Shown here: positions 61,240-64,000 of the stretch, piece by piece
Layout of the letters: every line of letters starts with the position of its first letter
Numbering within the stretch: the stretch's first letter is position 1
From: Octopus bimaculoides
Taxonomy: Eukaryota
Reading direction: 5' to 3'
NCBI RefSeq assembly: GCF_001194135.2
Contig: NC_068986.1
Coordinates: 4,234,578-4,298,577, forward strand
DNA: 64,000 nt
The notes under the pieces: generated by a model
Told to the model about the DNA's origin: nothing
Database searches by the model: none
What the model saw: the letters and a program-made list of their open reading frames with translations, nothing else
Translations under genes and position numbers: made by a program

Positions 61240-61454
61240 CATATTTTGAGCAGGATGGGCTACTCGACCTGAAGAAAATTTAAACTGGGCCCCACCTGCA
61301 CTGTTTACCTTGATATGAGATCACCATGTCGCACACGTATGGTTGAGATGCATATGCCTGGTGTACCCTTATCAGACGGGTAGTCATGATGGGTATACTG
61401 GGCTTCGTATATTTTACTTCAGTGTCACTTTGATGGTATGCAAGAAAATAATAA

Positions 61455-61655
61455 TAATAATTTCAAATTTTGGCACAAAACCATCAATTTCAGAGGCTGA
61501 GGTACGTTGATTACATCAACCCCCATTGATATTTTATTGAATCCAAGAAGATGAAAGGCAAAGTTGACCATGGTGAAATTTGAACTCAGAACGTAAAGGC
61601 AGGCGAAATGCTGCTAGGGTTTTGTTTGATGTGCTAACAATCCTTCCAGCTCTTC
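61455..61655 (-). mobile_element. S2 SINE, degenerate
   Basis: TTTCAAATTTTGGCACAA...GATGAAAGGCAAAGTTGACC...TTTGAACTCAGAACG. Confidence 0.8.
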
Positions 61656-62009
61656 ATGATGATAACGCAACACGTTTAATTTTTCAATTTGCCAAAACTG
61701 GGAATGGAAAAAATAAAATGTAGAAATTCTTAAAAATACAGAATAGATATGAATATTTTTTTTTATATTTTACTGGTTGATGTCTTTTCTGATAAATAAG
61801 AAGATAAGTGTTTCATCAAATAATTCAAGAATTACCACAGAGGATATAAGAATATAAATAATTCACATCTACATTGTAAAAATAAAAGCTATCATACTAT
61901 CATGGTTGGGAAGCAAGCTTCTAATAACACAACCACACCTGCACCTAGAACCATGCCTGTATTTGTATATGTCCGTGTGTGTATGTATGTATGTATGTGC
62001 ATATGTATA

Positions 62010-62074
<65 letters not shown>

Positions 62075-62294
62075 GTAATATTTCAAAGCCAGGAGTGCTT
62101 AAAGAGGAGTAATAACGGTACACCTCAGGAATTAACCAGTTAATGAATCATTAATTAATAATACTTGAGCAGTCTGCAGATCCAAGGTTCGTTTAACAAC
62201 AAAGTCTTGTACAGTCATTGCAAAATAACCGCTACAACATGAGTAAGATATGAAGATGATGTAAGAGCATCTCGGTTCCTTATTTATTATGTAT

Positions 62295-62820
62295 TTGTGG
62301 TTTAGAAGCTTACTTCCCAACCTTCTGCCTCTGCATGACACCTTCAGGAAGTGTTTTCTACTGTAGCCCTGGTCTGATAAAAGCCTTGTGAAAGGATATG
62401 GTAGACAGAAACTGAAGGAAGTGTGTGTGTATTGTCTTCATCATCAATCATCATTTAATGTCTCTTTTCCATGTTGGCATGGGTTGAACACTTTGAGAGG
62501 TGTTGGTAAGCTGGAGAGCTGCACCAGGCTTCAATTGTCTGTTTTGGCAAGGTTTCTATGGTTGGATGCCCTTCCTAATCCCACCCACTTTACAGAGTGT
62601 ACTGTCTGTGTTTTTGTGTCTGTCCCCTCCCCCTATCACTACTTGACAACTGGTGTTGCTTTGTTTACATCCCTGTAACTTAGCAATTTAGCAAGAATGA
62701 CTGATAGAATAAGTACCAAACTTTAAAAAATAGACTAAATACAAAGGTTGATTTGTTCAACTAAACCTCTCGAGTCAGTGCACAAGCATGGCCACAGACC
62801 AATGATCAGAGTGAGTAAAT
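62295..62820 (+). mobile_element. S1a SINE with a nested RTE 3' tail (62437-62600, minus) in its microsatellite
   Basis: S1 head/body to GTGTGTGTGT; then CATCATCAATCATCATTTAATGTC...GGATGCCCTTCCTAATCCCACCCAC; S1a resumes at CTTGACAACTGGTG. Confidence 0.75.
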
Positions 62821-63054
62821 GATGAAAAGATGTGTGTGTGTGTGTATTGAATATATTATTATTAAGAAGTGAACTGTAAGAAATGTCAAATTAAATGTTA
62901 AGTGGGATGAAGTTTTATATTACAAAATTAATATGAAAAAATTAAGAAAAAGATGTATTTAGTAGTTTTCAGAATCTGTGAGTGAAATATGTAAAGTATT
63001 GGAATGGATTCTGAGCTTAATTTTTCTATCTTTACTTGTCATATTTTTTTTGAC

Positions 63055-63400
63055 AGGTGCAGTTGTGGTTGTATGGAAAATAGTTTCTTTCCTAACCACA
63101 TAGTTCTGGGTTTAGTTCCACTGCACATCACCTTAGCAAGTGTCTTCTGCTATAGCCCTAGTCAAACAAAGCCTTGTGAATGGGTATGGTAGACAGAAGT
63201 TGACAGAATCCTGTTGTGTGTGTGTGATCATTAATTGAAACCAATGATGGTTTGTGTATATCCCCATAACTTAGCAATTCAGCAATAAGAGACTGATAGA
63301 ATATGTACCAGGCTTGAAAAAAAACAAAAGCACCAGGGTTGATTTGTTCATATGACCCTTTTGATGCAGTGCCCAGCATTGATCACTGTCCAATCACTAA
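63055..63400 (+). mobile_element. S1a SINE, degenerate
   Basis: GTGCAGTTGTGGTTGTATGG, GTTCTGGGTTTAGTTCCACTG, CCCCATAACTTAGCAATTCAGC blocks. Confidence 0.75.
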
Positions 63401-63966
63401 AACGAATTAAATAATATTGACGGAAGAAAACTCGATGTTCAATATTGTTTTATTAACAGTTCTTTTATTTATTAGCTAATAGATATCCCTTTCATTTAAT
63501 CTGTCCTTCTGGAGTTTCAGAAAATATTGAAGTACAATGAATGCACAAACTGCAAGGATCCTAAATGATGAAAATGTGATTTAATGAAACTCTATTTTTA
63601 TGTCACTTCATGTTAATGATAAGCTCACCAAGGCAGAAATAGGTCCCACAGGGTGGAAGGGAGTGGCAGTGCCAAGGGAGGTGAGGTAAGAGTGCATCCA
63701 GACTGCTGCAAGCAGTTTGATGAGGACACAGATTCTGTGGCAGATAAATGCTAAAGAAGGAAAAAGTCATTGTCACAACCCCCATCTGACCAAAGCCTGC
63801 ATATTTTCCCCAAATATGCCAGAGCCTGTTGTTCATGTATCAGTTTACATAACCACTTGAAAGCTCGCTGCTTTTTCTCATGATTTTCTGACATGAAAGA
63901 ACTGCCATTAGAATGTAAGGAACATAACTTTTGGAATATGGTCCTGATAGAAAAATTTACATTTAA

Positions 63967-64000
63967 CCCTTCAGCATTCAGATTATTGTCAAATTAATGC
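63967..64000 (+). mobile_element. Left end of a piggyBac-type MITE running off the window
   Basis: TTAA|CCCTTCAGCATTCAGATT, matching the 45013 and 3093 left ends. Confidence 0.7.

Overview
This is AT-rich, repeat-dense eukaryotic animal DNA from a gapped scaffold assembly with 7 N-runs. The repeat families resemble those I associate with Octopus (coleoid cephalopod); that assignment is inference and not checked. I find no intact protein-coding gene, rRNA, true tRNA gene, CRISPR array or prokaryotic operon. Almost all ORFs in the track are microsatellite or N-gap artefacts, or transposon relics. The window looks like intron or intergenic DNA filled with: several tRNA-derived SINE families (my working labels S1a/S1b, S2, S3, S4, plus a dispersed repeat S5); many RTE-clade LINE fragments with (GAT)n tails; CR1-like and L2 relics; two Penelope-like (PLE) relics (RT and GIY-YIG); hAT transposase relics; a TTAA-flanked piggyBac-type MITE family (5 copies); a Helitron helicase relic with a canonical hairpin+CTAG end; and a long-TIR foldback element. 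A few isolated splice-signal-flanked segments could be small exons of an unidentified host gene (low confidence). The most striking object is at 6342-6814: a tRNA-headed short element carrying a minimal type-I hammerhead ribozyme motif. It is present as a head-to-head inverted dimer (about 450-bp palindrome) bounded by a single 13-bp target-site duplication, so it is a candidate ribozyme-bearing, Penelope-mobilised SINE inserted as one fold-back event. Most TE boundaries are approximate, read by eye.
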